Source of the DNA: a virus
Strand: one strand, 5' to 3'
IMG/VR virus record: IMGVR_UViG_3300038301_000548
Coordinates: 32,001-96,000 of that record
DNA length: 64,000 bases
Shown here: one piece after another, positions 56,095 through 64,000 of the stretch
Numbering within the stretch: the first letter of the stretch is position 1
How the letters are laid out: every line of letters begins with the position of its first letter
Program-made: the position numbers and the translations under genes
Notes under the pieces: generated by a model
What the model was told of the DNA's origin: nothing
Seen by the model: only the letters and a program-made list of their open reading frames with translations
The model's database searches: none

Positions 56095-59000
56095 CTAGAT
56101 GTTTACGTGAGCGAAGCCATCTTTTCGCTCAATGTTTATTTGCATATCGACGCAGTCCTTGAGTCCGTCTAAATGAGATATGAGTAAGACAGTTTTGAAG
56201 TATCCCTTAATCATATCAAGAATTCGGACAAAGCCTTCCATGTTCTCCTCATCCAATGCGGTACCAGGCTCGTCTAATATAAATAGGTCCGACTTTGGTA
56301 AACTGGACACAGTTAAAAAAGCTAGGCGGATGGCCATCGATGCAATTGTCTTCTCAGCTCCGGAGCCCATCTCTAGGGGTCGGGGCTCATGTTTTGCGTG
56401 TTTAATAAATATATCAAGCTTATCTTCATTGTTTGTAATAAACACTTCGAACTCTACAATATTTGTAAGTATCTTGGCGATCTCTTGATTAATATATGGA
56501 AGCCTCCTTTTGATGATCTCGTAGGAGACGCCGTTCGGATGACAACAAGTCATGAGTAGGTGATATGCCGCAAAGTCGTCTTTAAGACATTCATATTCTG
56601 ACTTTTGCTCTTCAATATGGCGGAGCTTTTGTTCTAGCGATCCCTGCTTCTTGTGCAGGTTTAGGATTTTACTCTCACAGGTTTCAAGCTCAGATTCAAA
56701 ATCTTTGATTTCTGCCTGGGTATTGTCTCTCAGAACTAGCAATTCTTTCAAATTCTCAATTGCATCCCGGTTTTGTTCATATTCTGTATTTTTAACTTGA
56801 AGCTGTTCTAGTTCTACTTGCTCCTTAAACAGCAAGCTATCAGCCTTCTCGATCGCTAACTTGCTAGTTGCAATCGATGTTGCAAGGGTGTTCCTCTTAT
56901 CGACTAAGAGGTTGTATTTTTCAATATGCTCTGATACCCTTTCAGGCTCAAGGCCACTGAGTTGAGCACCAAGCGCGTTGATGGATGACGCACAGTGGGA
57001 TACCTTGTCTTCTGTTATTTGAATAAGACTCCCCGCTGAGTGTGCATCTCTTATAAACTTACAAGACGGGTATTCTGAGCCACACGGAACTTCTGACAAG
57101 AGCCTCTGCTTTTGCATGTAATTTTCTTTTAAAGAAGATTCTGACTCCATCTCCTTGAGAAGAGACGATAGTTCTGTCTTCTTGGTGTCAATAGCTTCTT
57201 TCTTTTTCTCGTAAGAGGCAATATCGAACTGGGAAAGAAATGACGCAATCTTTTCGAACTTCTCTTCACTCAGTTTTAATTCCTTTATTGCTTCCGTCTT
57301 CCTGGAGGTTTCTCTTAGGATACTCTCTTTCTTTCCAGAAATCTTTCTTGACGTTAAAACTGGGTCTATAATTTCTGCTGGTACTGATTCTATCTTGAGA
57401 ATTATCTCATTAAGTCTAGTGTTACTTTCTTGTTTTTCTTGCTTAAGGGATAGGCAGTTAGCCTTGTTCGATTCTATTCCAAGCTCACTGTTTACAATAT
57501 CCTTCTTAAGAGATGTAATCTCTGTTTCGAAATCAATGCCTTCTAGGCGGCGCAAAGCTGCTTTGGTGACTGCTGATTCTTCTTTAGCTAATTTAAATTT
57601 CTTATCAAAAATCTCAAGATCTAAAAACTTAGCTAAGAATTCTTTTCTTTTGGTCGAACCTTCATTAACAAACGACAAAGAATCTAACTGGCTAGCCATC
57701 GATGTGGTCAAAAAGTCTTGAATGGTCCCAAAGTACTTTCTAACGTTCTTATCTGTGTCTTGCCTTGATGTTCCGTTTAAGCCCTCAGTATTGCCCGTCA
57801 AGTCTCTTTTAAAGAATTCCAGGTCAGTGCTAGCTTCTTTGGTCTCTACGCCCTTCAGGCGCTTGGTATACTTCTCTGAGACTCTTTCTACTATATAATC
57901 TGTATCATCTATCTTTATTGTCGCTGTGGCTTTACAATCAGACATATTCTGGTTGATGATATTGAGGTTCTTTCTGATCGATTTTGAAGTTGAATTGTAT
58001 AAAGAATATAACAAGGTATCAACAATTGAAGACTTACCTGAGTAGTTCTTGCCAAATATACCGACAATACCTTCCAGCTTTGTAAAGTCAATGCTATTCC
58101 CTTCTCCATAATTGAATAGGTTGTCCCACTCTAAAGACTGCAATGACCAGTGCACGTTTCGCATAACATCTTCGTTCTCTTCTACTTGGACGTTATACTT
58201 CTTATTTAGGTCGTACACCTTCTTCATTACCGTATCTGTCACTTCGAATTCTTTAAGATACTCCTCCATGAGGGATTCTTGCGTTTTAAGATCGCGAAGG
58301 TCCTCTTGTTTCATGCCTTCTGGTGCCTTCACTGTGATCTGTTTGCCGGCGGCCCGGTTGAGGTAAGTTACCGATTCTGGACTATATCGATATTTTGCAA
58401 CATCCACTGCCTTGCGGACCTTATCCAGTGTGACATTCTCATCCGAAACAATACGAAGCCGGGCGCCTTCGGGAGGCTTCTTTCTTGGGAGGTTTCCGTT
58501 CTTAGTTAGGGCAAGAGTAACGAAAGGCTTTGGATTGTCAAAGGTAATGAGCCTGTTGGTAAAATTATCTCTATCTTCAATATCCCATAGGAGATAACCT
58601 TTATCCAGTGACTCACCAAAATTTTGTTGAACGGTAGAACCAGCATACCAAACCCTCCCTTCTTTATCTAGTTGTTGGGTCTTGTGGATATCTCCAAGAA
58701 AACCAAAGTCAAAATCGTCAAAGATGCTAATATCATGATCACCCCCTAGTGTCCAGTTGCTATCTGTTTTTGATTTATCAATCGCTCCGTGATAAAGAGC
58801 GATATTTATTGCCGACTTGTCTGTTGGTGCTACCCAATTGTCCTCATCAAAAACAGAAAGAACGTTCAAACAGAAGTTGTCATCTATTTTGACTTCTCCT
58901 GCATTCTTAATTAGTGTAAGCCTTGGGGAATTAATCGCTCTAACAATTGGCGACAGTGCATCCTGCCTGCTTCCATTGCGTAAATTACCATCGTGGTTTC

Positions 59001-59232
59001 CCAATATAATATAAGTTGGGGCGATTGCAGACAGTTCCTCAAAGAACTCACGGCAAAGATCAACGAACTCTGGCGAGATCTGTGTCTTTGTGTGTGCGAT
59101 ATCTCCGCAGTGAATGATATAATCTACATTCTCTTCTTTTAGTGATTTGTATAATTGTTTAAATACCTCGCGATATTCAAAGTGATATTTTAGGTTTCGG
59201 ATATGGGTATCCGCGATATGAGCAAATCTCAT
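56095..59232 (-). CDS. Fused SbcD(Mre11)-SbcC(Rad50) nuclease/ATPase
   Basis: Phosphoesterase motifs HIADTH, GDIAH, GNHD, LGDIH; Walker A GKNYSGKS, coiled coil, signature GSGAEK, Walker B FILDEPG, LISH. Confidence 0.92.
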   Translation of the reverse strand: MRFAHIADTHIRNLKYHFEYREVFKQLYKSLKEENVDYIIHCGDIAHTKTQISPEFVDLCREFFEELSAIAPTYIILGNHDGNLRNGSRQDALSPIVRAINSPRLTLIKNAGEVKIDDNFCLNVLSVFDEDNWVAPTDKSAINIALYHGAIDKSKTDSNWTLGGDHDISIFDDFDFGFLGDIHKTQQLDKEGRVWYAGSTVQQNFGESLDKGYLLWDIEDRDNFTNRLITFDNPKPFVTLALTKNGNLPRKKPPEGARLRIVSDENVTLDKVRKAVDVAKYRYSPESVTYLNRAAGKQITVKAPEGMKQEDLRDLKTQESLMEEYLKEFEVTDTVMKKVYDLNKKYNVQVEENEDVMRNVHWSLQSLEWDNLFNYGEGNSIDFTKLEGIVGIFGKNYSGKSSIVDTLLYSLYNSTSKSIRKNLNIINQNMSDCKATATIKIDDTDYIVERVSEKYTKRLKGVETKEASTDLEFFKRDLTGNTEGLNGTSRQDTDKNVRKYFGTIQDFLTTSMASQLDSLSFVNEGSTKRKEFLAKFLDLEIFDKKFKLAKEESAVTKAALRRLEGIDFETEITSLKKDIVNSELGIESNKANCLSLKQEKQESNTRLNEIILKIESVPAEIIDPVLTSRKISGKKESILRETSRKTEAIKELKLSEEKFEKIASFLSQFDIASYEKKKEAIDTKKTELSSLLKEMESESSLKENYMQKQRLLSEVPCGSEYPSCKFIRDAHSAGSLIQITEDKVSHCASSINALGAQLSGLEPERVSEHIEKYNLLVDKRNTLATSIATSKLAIEKADSLLFKEQVELEQLQVKNTEYEQNRDAIENLKELLVLRDNTQAEIKDFESELETCESKILNLHKKQGSLEQKLRHIEEQKSEYECLKDDFAAYHLLMTCCHPNGVSYEIIKRRLPYINQEIAKILTNIVEFEVFITNNEDKLDIFIKHAKHEPRPLEMGSGAEKTIASMAIRLAFLTVSSLPKSDLFILDEPGTALDEENMEGFVRILDMIKGYFKTVLLISHLDGLKDCVDMQINIERKDGFAHVNI

Positions 59233-59256
59233 TTATTCTCCAGTGCTATTTTATAA

Positions 59257-59285
59257 AGTATATAATACTAGGAGGGATTTGTCAA
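59257..59285 (-). promoter_or_regulatory. Sigma-70-type promoter for the sbcDC fusion
   Basis: TTGACA (59285-59280), 17-nt spacer, TATACT (59262-59257). Confidence 0.7.
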
Positions 59286-59455
59286 GAAGTTTTTTTAAGG
59301 CCGAAGTCTTGTAGCTGCTTTGGGGTGAGCTTTTCGAGTATGATCTCAAACACCATCTTTTCAGACTCAGTCAAGGCTGTGATGTCACCGGTGGATGCGA
59401 GGTGGTTCATCTCTTCTGAGATAAGTTGTTTTAATCTTCTTTTTGTAATTTCCAT
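59282..59455 (-). CDS. 57-aa protein missed by the ORF track (MEITKRRLKQLISEEM...)
   Basis: TGAGG SD upstream, ATG 59455, TGA 59282; fills the primase-sbcDC gap. Confidence 0.7.
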   Translation of the reverse strand: MEITKRRLKQLISEEMNHLASTGDITALTESEKMVFEIILEKLTPKQLQDFGLKKTS

Positions 59456-59464
59456 TTTATAGCC

Positions 59465-60382
59465 TCAAAAGTTAAGTTTATATCTTAAATAGTCAATTTC
59501 TGCAATAAGCTCCGCATTTATTTTCCTGTCGAGAAACTCGATCTTAGGAATTTCGGCAGCGTCTGTATATGGCGAAATTTTAATTGTCTTGCTAAGTATG
59601 CCGTATTCCTTGAACCTCTTCGAGATAACCAATTCCTTGTCTTTCGCATCATCGTCGAGGGCTAAGTATATCTCTGACTTGTTCCTACAAATTTTCTGAA
59701 ACAGCTTGTGGTCTTCTCTTAGAGTCGAACCTAGAAGGGGTATTGCATTTTTATGCCTTATAGCATCGAACACCCCCTCAACAATTACTATATCAGCTTC
59801 CCAATCTATGTTTAAGTCGTTAAAGATAATGTTTTTGCTGACTTTGGGATTCTTATATTTCATCCAGTCTTCTCTATATGTCCTAGAGACAAAGTAATTG
59901 ACTCGGCCGTGGAGGTTAAATGAGGGAACAATAATCCTGCCTTCATACTCTCCATAATCGCAAAAGCCAATCTTCCATTTTAGAATGTCGATATCGGTGA
60001 TGCCTCTAGAGTAAAGGTACTCTAAAGCTTTCTTTTTTTCTTTTCCCTTTTCTCCGGTAAGAGTTTTAAATTCTTCCGGCAGGTTAATCGCGATGTCGGG
60101 CGCTTCGTCAGGTTCTTCAAAAATAAACTCGTATTGAGACAAGTCAACTTCATCTGCAATATTAGACCACTCGCTATAGTACTCAGGCGCGAATTTGCTG
60201 ATTAAATACGAGATCTTGTTTCCTGAAAAATCACAAACCCAACACTTGAAAGCATTTTTGTCAATGTTTACAGACATCTTAAGTTTATCATGAGTGCACT
60301 TTGGGCACTGAAATAGTAGCTCTTCTCCAGAGACCCAATGGGGCCCGAGGGCTTTCTTAAGTATTTGTGCCTTGTCTGACAA
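59465..60382 (-). CDS. DNA primase (zinc finger + TOPRIM)
   Basis: CPKC...CWVC, YLYSRGI, GRIIVPS, IVEGVFDAI, ALDDDA. Confidence 0.9.
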   Translation of the reverse strand: MSDKAQILKKALGPHWVSGEELLFQCPKCTHDKLKMSVNIDKNAFKCWVCDFSGNKISYLISKFAPEYYSEWSNIADEVDLSQYEFIFEEPDEAPDIAINLPEEFKTLTGEKGKEKKKALEYLYSRGITDIDILKWKIGFCDYGEYEGRIIVPSFNLHGRVNYFVSRTYREDWMKYKNPKVSKNIIFNDLNIDWEADIVIVEGVFDAIRHKNAIPLLGSTLREDHKLFQKICRNKSEIYLALDDDAKDKELVISKRFKEYGILSKTIKISPYTDAAEIPKIEFLDRKINAELIAEIDYLRYKLNF

Positions 60383-60890
60383 TCTCTTCTCCCGCTAGTG
60401 CTATTATAATACTGTCGCACAGATCATACATCCCGGGCTTGGGATTTCCATGCTTTGTATATAATATCTCAATATTGGGGTATTTGTCAAGTACAAATTG
60501 AAGAACTTTTTCTTTGGCATTATCGCCTCGCTTTATACCTACTCCAGCTTTCTTGCGCGCTGTTGTGGCTGCGACCATCTCAGGTTGGATTTCAAAATTT
60601 TCATAGCAAAGCCACGACACGATACCGTTGAAGCGGGACAGAGTAGATAGAGTCTGCGCAGACGAGAATCCTGATCGAAATGATTGCAGGGATTGTTCTA
60701 CGAATATATTAGTTATATCATAGTTTGTCTTAATAGTCAATAAGTTTTTTCTTAATAAGTCGGCTTTATCGTATAGGGTCGGGAAATGCTTTTTGTTTCT
60801 GGTGTCCCAATATACACTCTCTAATACTTTTCCATCTTCGATCACTGTAGCACCAGTGATAGATGTTGAGATATCAAGTCCGAGAATCAT
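60357..60890 (-). CDS. RuvC-like Holliday junction resolvase
   Basis: ILGLDISTSITG, IFVEQ, DLCDSIIIA. Confidence 0.8.
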   Translation of the reverse strand: MILGLDISTSITGATVIEDGKVLESVYWDTRNKKHFPTLYDKADLLRKNLLTIKTNYDITNIFVEQSLQSFRSGFSSAQTLSTLSRFNGIVSWLCYENFEIQPEMVAATTARKKAGVGIKRGDNAKEKVLQFVLDKYPNIEILYTKHGNPKPGMYDLCDSIIIALAGEEIVRQGTNT

Positions 60891-61473
60891 TATTTTTCCT
60901 TATTGCTTCGATATACTTTCCTAATAATAAACTTCTTGCGTCGTCATTGCCGTGGTACCAGTTCCATACAATCGAGCTTTTTATTGTATTTATTTCTTTT
61001 TCCATGTGGTTGTTCGTAGCCTTCATCATTTCAACTTGCTGTTGAGTTGGGGGTGGTGGCTTGATTCCCAACTCTTCTGCTACCTCGACTATACCATGAT
61101 AATCGTTTGTTTCAAAGGATAAACGAGCTTTTTCAAATAAAATATTCTTATACTCTTTTTCAAATTCAGATTTATTTGACAACTTGTCCGGGTGGACCTG
61201 TGTTGCAATCTTCCGGAAAACTGTTTTTAAATTATTATCTTTTTGTTCTTTTTCAATCGGAAGGATATCATCTTCTGAATTCTGAGATCCATGGTATACT
61301 TTTTCTGGTTGGCTTTCTGGTGGTGGTGGCGGACTCTCTACTATTGTCCGACTAGAGACTTCTGCCATGAATTCTGATGTCGCTAGATCAAATATCTCGT
61401 TTGTAACCTCGAGAGATTGTTTCAAAAACTTTGCGCGGATGACGAGAAGTTTATACTTTTTTTGTATTTCCAT
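60874..61473 (-). CDS. J-domain (DnaJ-like) protein
   Basis: LKTVFRKIATQVHPDK helix II plus HPD motif. Confidence 0.75.
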   Translation of the reverse strand: MEIQKKYKLLVIRAKFLKQSLEVTNEIFDLATSEFMAEVSSRTIVESPPPPPESQPEKVYHGSQNSEDDILPIEKEQKDNNLKTVFRKIATQVHPDKLSNKSEFEKEYKNILFEKARLSFETNDYHGIVEVAEELGIKPPPPTQQQVEMMKATNNHMEKEINTIKSSIVWNWYHGNDDARSLLLGKYIEAIRKNNDSRT

Positions 61474-61474
61474 C

Positions 61475-62674
61475 TCAAAAGTCTAGACGCATTTTTATCA
61501 TATAATCTCGACTTCTGGTTTTTTTGATAGGGTTTGCAAGCGATGCAATTGCAATCAGATTCTTGTTCTCATCGTATATTCCAACCTTAGAAATGTAAGT
61601 AATGTTGTCAAACGACGCACTATGGTTTTCCAAGTTAGAGTTGACGATATTTTTGATTTTGCGCTCAGGTTCAAGATAACGAGAGTTGCTTGCAGCTGCT
61701 TGTTTTGTGGTTTCCTCTAAGAATGTTGGGTTATTTGAGTAACTATAACGACCTTTTTCTGCGGTGGCCAACATTGTTAATGTAGGTATTTTATTAGTAC
61801 CTTTAAATTTGATGGAATAAGATGAGGATAAGACGGTTTGATGTGCTAATGCTGTTCCGACTTGGGCAAGGCCGGTGCCAAACGATAGCCAGTTTGGAGA
61901 AGTATTGGCCGCGGAAAGAAACTTGTCTTGATAGCTGTGATGCTGTGACCAAGACCCTGTTAGTAAAAATATCCCTTGCTCATATAGGGCAATGCCAGCA
62001 GTAGACCCAACGGATGAACCGGTTGTTTCAACTAGAATACCATCTTTATTGACATCTTTTAGCTGAGAGTTTAAAGTGCCACTAATATAGTAGTTTAATT
62101 CTACTGAGCCTTTATCTATTGTTGAACCGTAGAATATTGCTGGGACACAAACCATGTTTACTGCCTTTGTTCCCATTGAACCATATGTAAAATTCTGACC
62201 TAGAGTTTCTCGAGACTCTATTACATTCTGGAGGGCCCTAATATATTTCTTATTATTATCTGATATTGTTGGGCTGTCTAAGTTTTTGAAATTCTGTTCG
62301 TTATATTCCACGCCGGCTGGGACAAAAATTCTAGAAAGGCCTGCTTTTAGCGGGTAGCTTTGCGTTAGTATGTTACCATATTGAAATTGACTGGCGTCAT
62401 CGAATACTTTAGTACTTATAGTCCTATACGCATAGCGAGTAGTATCTTTTTCGATAAACCCTTTTACTAGTGAGTTTGCAGGTCTGTTTATATTTATTTC
62501 ATGGAGACTAACTTGCCCGTCAGAGATGTGTTTTTCTTTGTTGGAGAAGTCGCCTGTAGGTAGGATCTCATCATTTTTATAAACGGATCCGTTTTGAATA
62601 GAGAAATAATACTCAGGTTTGGCGACCAGAGTGCTGTAGACTAAGTCTTCAGGGCCAAACCTTTTGTATCCCAT
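61475..62674 (-). CDS. Putative virion structural (baseplate/collar) protein
   Basis: C-terminal YISKVGIYDENKNLIAIASLANPIKK...MRLDF, paralogous to the next ORF. Confidence 0.5.
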   Translation of the reverse strand: MGYKRFGPEDLVYSTLVAKPEYYFSIQNGSVYKNDEILPTGDFSNKEKHISDGQVSLHEININRPANSLVKGFIEKDTTRYAYRTISTKVFDDASQFQYGNILTQSYPLKAGLSRIFVPAGVEYNEQNFKNLDSPTISDNNKKYIRALQNVIESRETLGQNFTYGSMGTKAVNMVCVPAIFYGSTIDKGSVELNYYISGTLNSQLKDVNKDGILVETTGSSVGSTAGIALYEQGIFLLTGSWSQHHSYQDKFLSAANTSPNWLSFGTGLAQVGTALAHQTVLSSSYSIKFKGTNKIPTLTMLATAEKGRYSYSNNPTFLEETTKQAAASNSRYLEPERKIKNIVNSNLENHSASFDNITYISKVGIYDENKNLIAIASLANPIKKTRSRDYMIKMRLDF

Positions 62675-62676
62675 TT

Positions 62677-64000
62677 TTAGTAATCCAGTCTGACTCTCAA
62701 GGTCAACTCATTAGTTGGATCTTTTCTGAGAGGTTCAGATAGTTTCGCTACGGCCAGAAGCTCATTGTCCGCGGAATAAAGACCTACAGTTGTTGCATAT
62801 GATCGCGGTGGGTTCATAATATTATTGGATTTTACAACTACTTTGCTACCGCTTAAATATGTTGGATTAGAACTATAATTAAACTCGTTGTGATTAGCTC
62901 TGCAAAAATAAATTGTAGAGTTCAACTCAGTAGTATTATTGAATGATAGGTTCTTTATCCTGTGGGCAAAACCATCTGCTAGGACATCCACTGTTGAGCC
63001 GGTAACAACTTTAGGTGTTTTGTCTTGTAGTGAGTTAAGTTGGGTTGTTGCTTCGGCGCCCAAGACAGAGCTTGTTAAAACTGCAATGCCTGCCTGATAA
63101 TATAAGAGCCCAACGTTAGTTGATCCATGCTTGAGCAAGCCAAACTCCCCTGCTGGAGAATTCACGTTGTAGTTTGTGGCTGCAGCAGCATCAGTGATTG
63201 TGCTTGTTGCGTTGTGAGAGGTCGCCCAGGCAGAGCCTGTCCCTAGGGACATAGTAAAGCTTCCTTTCTTTATTTCGTCTTTCACTAAAAGTCTAGAAAA
63301 ATTCATGAAGAAAACTTCGTTATGTTTATCTGTTGTAGTGCTGTAATTGCCATCAGCATCAAAGCGCCTAACTTTACCATCGGTGTCAAAGCCCGCAAGA
63401 ATCTGAGCCATCTGCGTGTACATATTGGTCTTCTTATCTTTCTGGTTTATTTTATCCATTCCACTATGGAACCCCACCACTGTGGCAGTTGCTAAATCCT
63501 CAGTAATTGTAACGTTGCCTGCGGCGCCGCCGGCCTGTTGGGTCAGGGTCATTGTCTGGTTGCCGTCTGCTGCGACTGGAGCTGCTCCAACAATTATCTT
63601 GCCGGCATGACCGTCGGCATGGTTGATAGCGCCAGATAAGAGCCCTAAAAATTCTGCCTGGTCTGTTCCGGCTGAGAGGCCTGTGGCCATGGCAAACCCA
63701 ACTGCTATGCCTTTTGTTGAGCCAACAGTGCGCGAAGCAGTAACCCCACCACTATCCAAAGTTGCACCGTTTGCAACGGTCGCCAAGTGTGCGAGTCCGT
63801 CGGCGGTATCTGAAACGAAATAGTCCACAACTGTTCCATCAGTGCTTGTTATTGTTATTTTTTGTCCTGCTGTCAGTCCATGGAGCGCGTCGCCATCAGT
63901 GACTGTTATGACTGCGGATGCACTAGGAGCGATTTGAGCCCAACTGTTTGCAGAAATGCCATAGGAAACATCAAAGATTTGATTTGCAGAAGAACTTAAA
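62677..64000 (-). CDS. Putative virion structural protein, 5' truncated by the window edge
   Basis: Frame stays open from 63828 to the window end (LSSSANQIFDVSYG...); C-terminal VGLYSADNELLAVAKLSEP...RLDY. Confidence 0.55.
   Translation of the reverse strand, partial: LSSSANQIFDVSYGISANSWAQIAPSASAVITVTDGDALHGLTAGQKITITSTDGTVVDYFVSDTADGLAHLATVANGATLDSGGVTASRTVGSTKGIAVGFAMATGLSAGTDQAEFLGLLSGAINHADGHAGKIIVGAAPVAADGNQTMTLTQQAGGAAGNVTITEDLATATVVGFHSGMDKINQKDKKTNMYTQMAQILAGFDTDGKVRRFDADGNYSTTTDKHNEVFFMNFSRLLVKDEIKKGSFTMSLGTGSAWATSHNATSTITDAAAATNYNVNSPAGEFGLLKHGSTNVGLLYYQAGIAVLTSSVLGAEATTQLNSLQDKTPKVVTGSTVDVLADGFAHRIKNLSFNNTTELNSTIYFCRANHNEFNYSSNPTYLSGSKVVVKSNNIMNPPRSYATTVGLYSADNELLAVAKLSEPLRKDPTNELTLRVRLDY

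Noticed and set aside
115-63823. The other plus-strand and nested alternative-frame ORFs in the track (60-154 aa)
   Set aside because: All overlap well-supported minus-strand genes and show no recognisable motifs
1-64000. Genome-wide stop-codon reassignment
   Set aside because: TAA, TAG (e.g. 8220, 28335) and TGA (e.g. 26485, 59282) all end genes at tight junctions, and long genes are intact in the standard code

Overview
This 64 kb window is a segment of a large lytic tailed dsDNA phage (myovirus with T4-like head and tail genes). All credible genes are on the minus strand in the standard genetic code; the plus-strand ORFs are antisense shadows. About 1-21.4 kb is a replication and nucleotide module: IMPDH/GMPR, dUTPase, DnaE, ThyX, class II RNR, DnaB-like helicase, 5'-3' exonuclease, RecA, SSB, a tubulin/FtsZ-like protein and a mini family A polymerase. 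It also carries accessory genes: a myxobacterial-style Cys-rich vWA lipoprotein, a DUF262 protein, a nucleotidyltransferase-like pair, GroES and a GapR-like protein. About 21.4-54 kb is morphogenesis: baseplate, tape measure, chaperone, tube, sheath, fibre, neck, major capsid, scaffold, bS21, protease, portal and terminase. About 54-64 kb holds putative lysis membrane genes, a fused SbcD-SbcC, primase, RuvC-like resolvase, a J-domain protein and further structural genes. Most notable: a probable +1 programmed frameshift in the tail chaperone, a recurrent CTATTTA motif upstream of structural genes, a shared module inserted in three virion proteins, an in-frame TGA before a conserved-looking Cys-Cys peptide, a DnaE plus split Pol I-like replisome, and the vWA lipoprotein hinting at a Myxococcota-like host. 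All annotations come from motif recognition by eye; no database searches were run.
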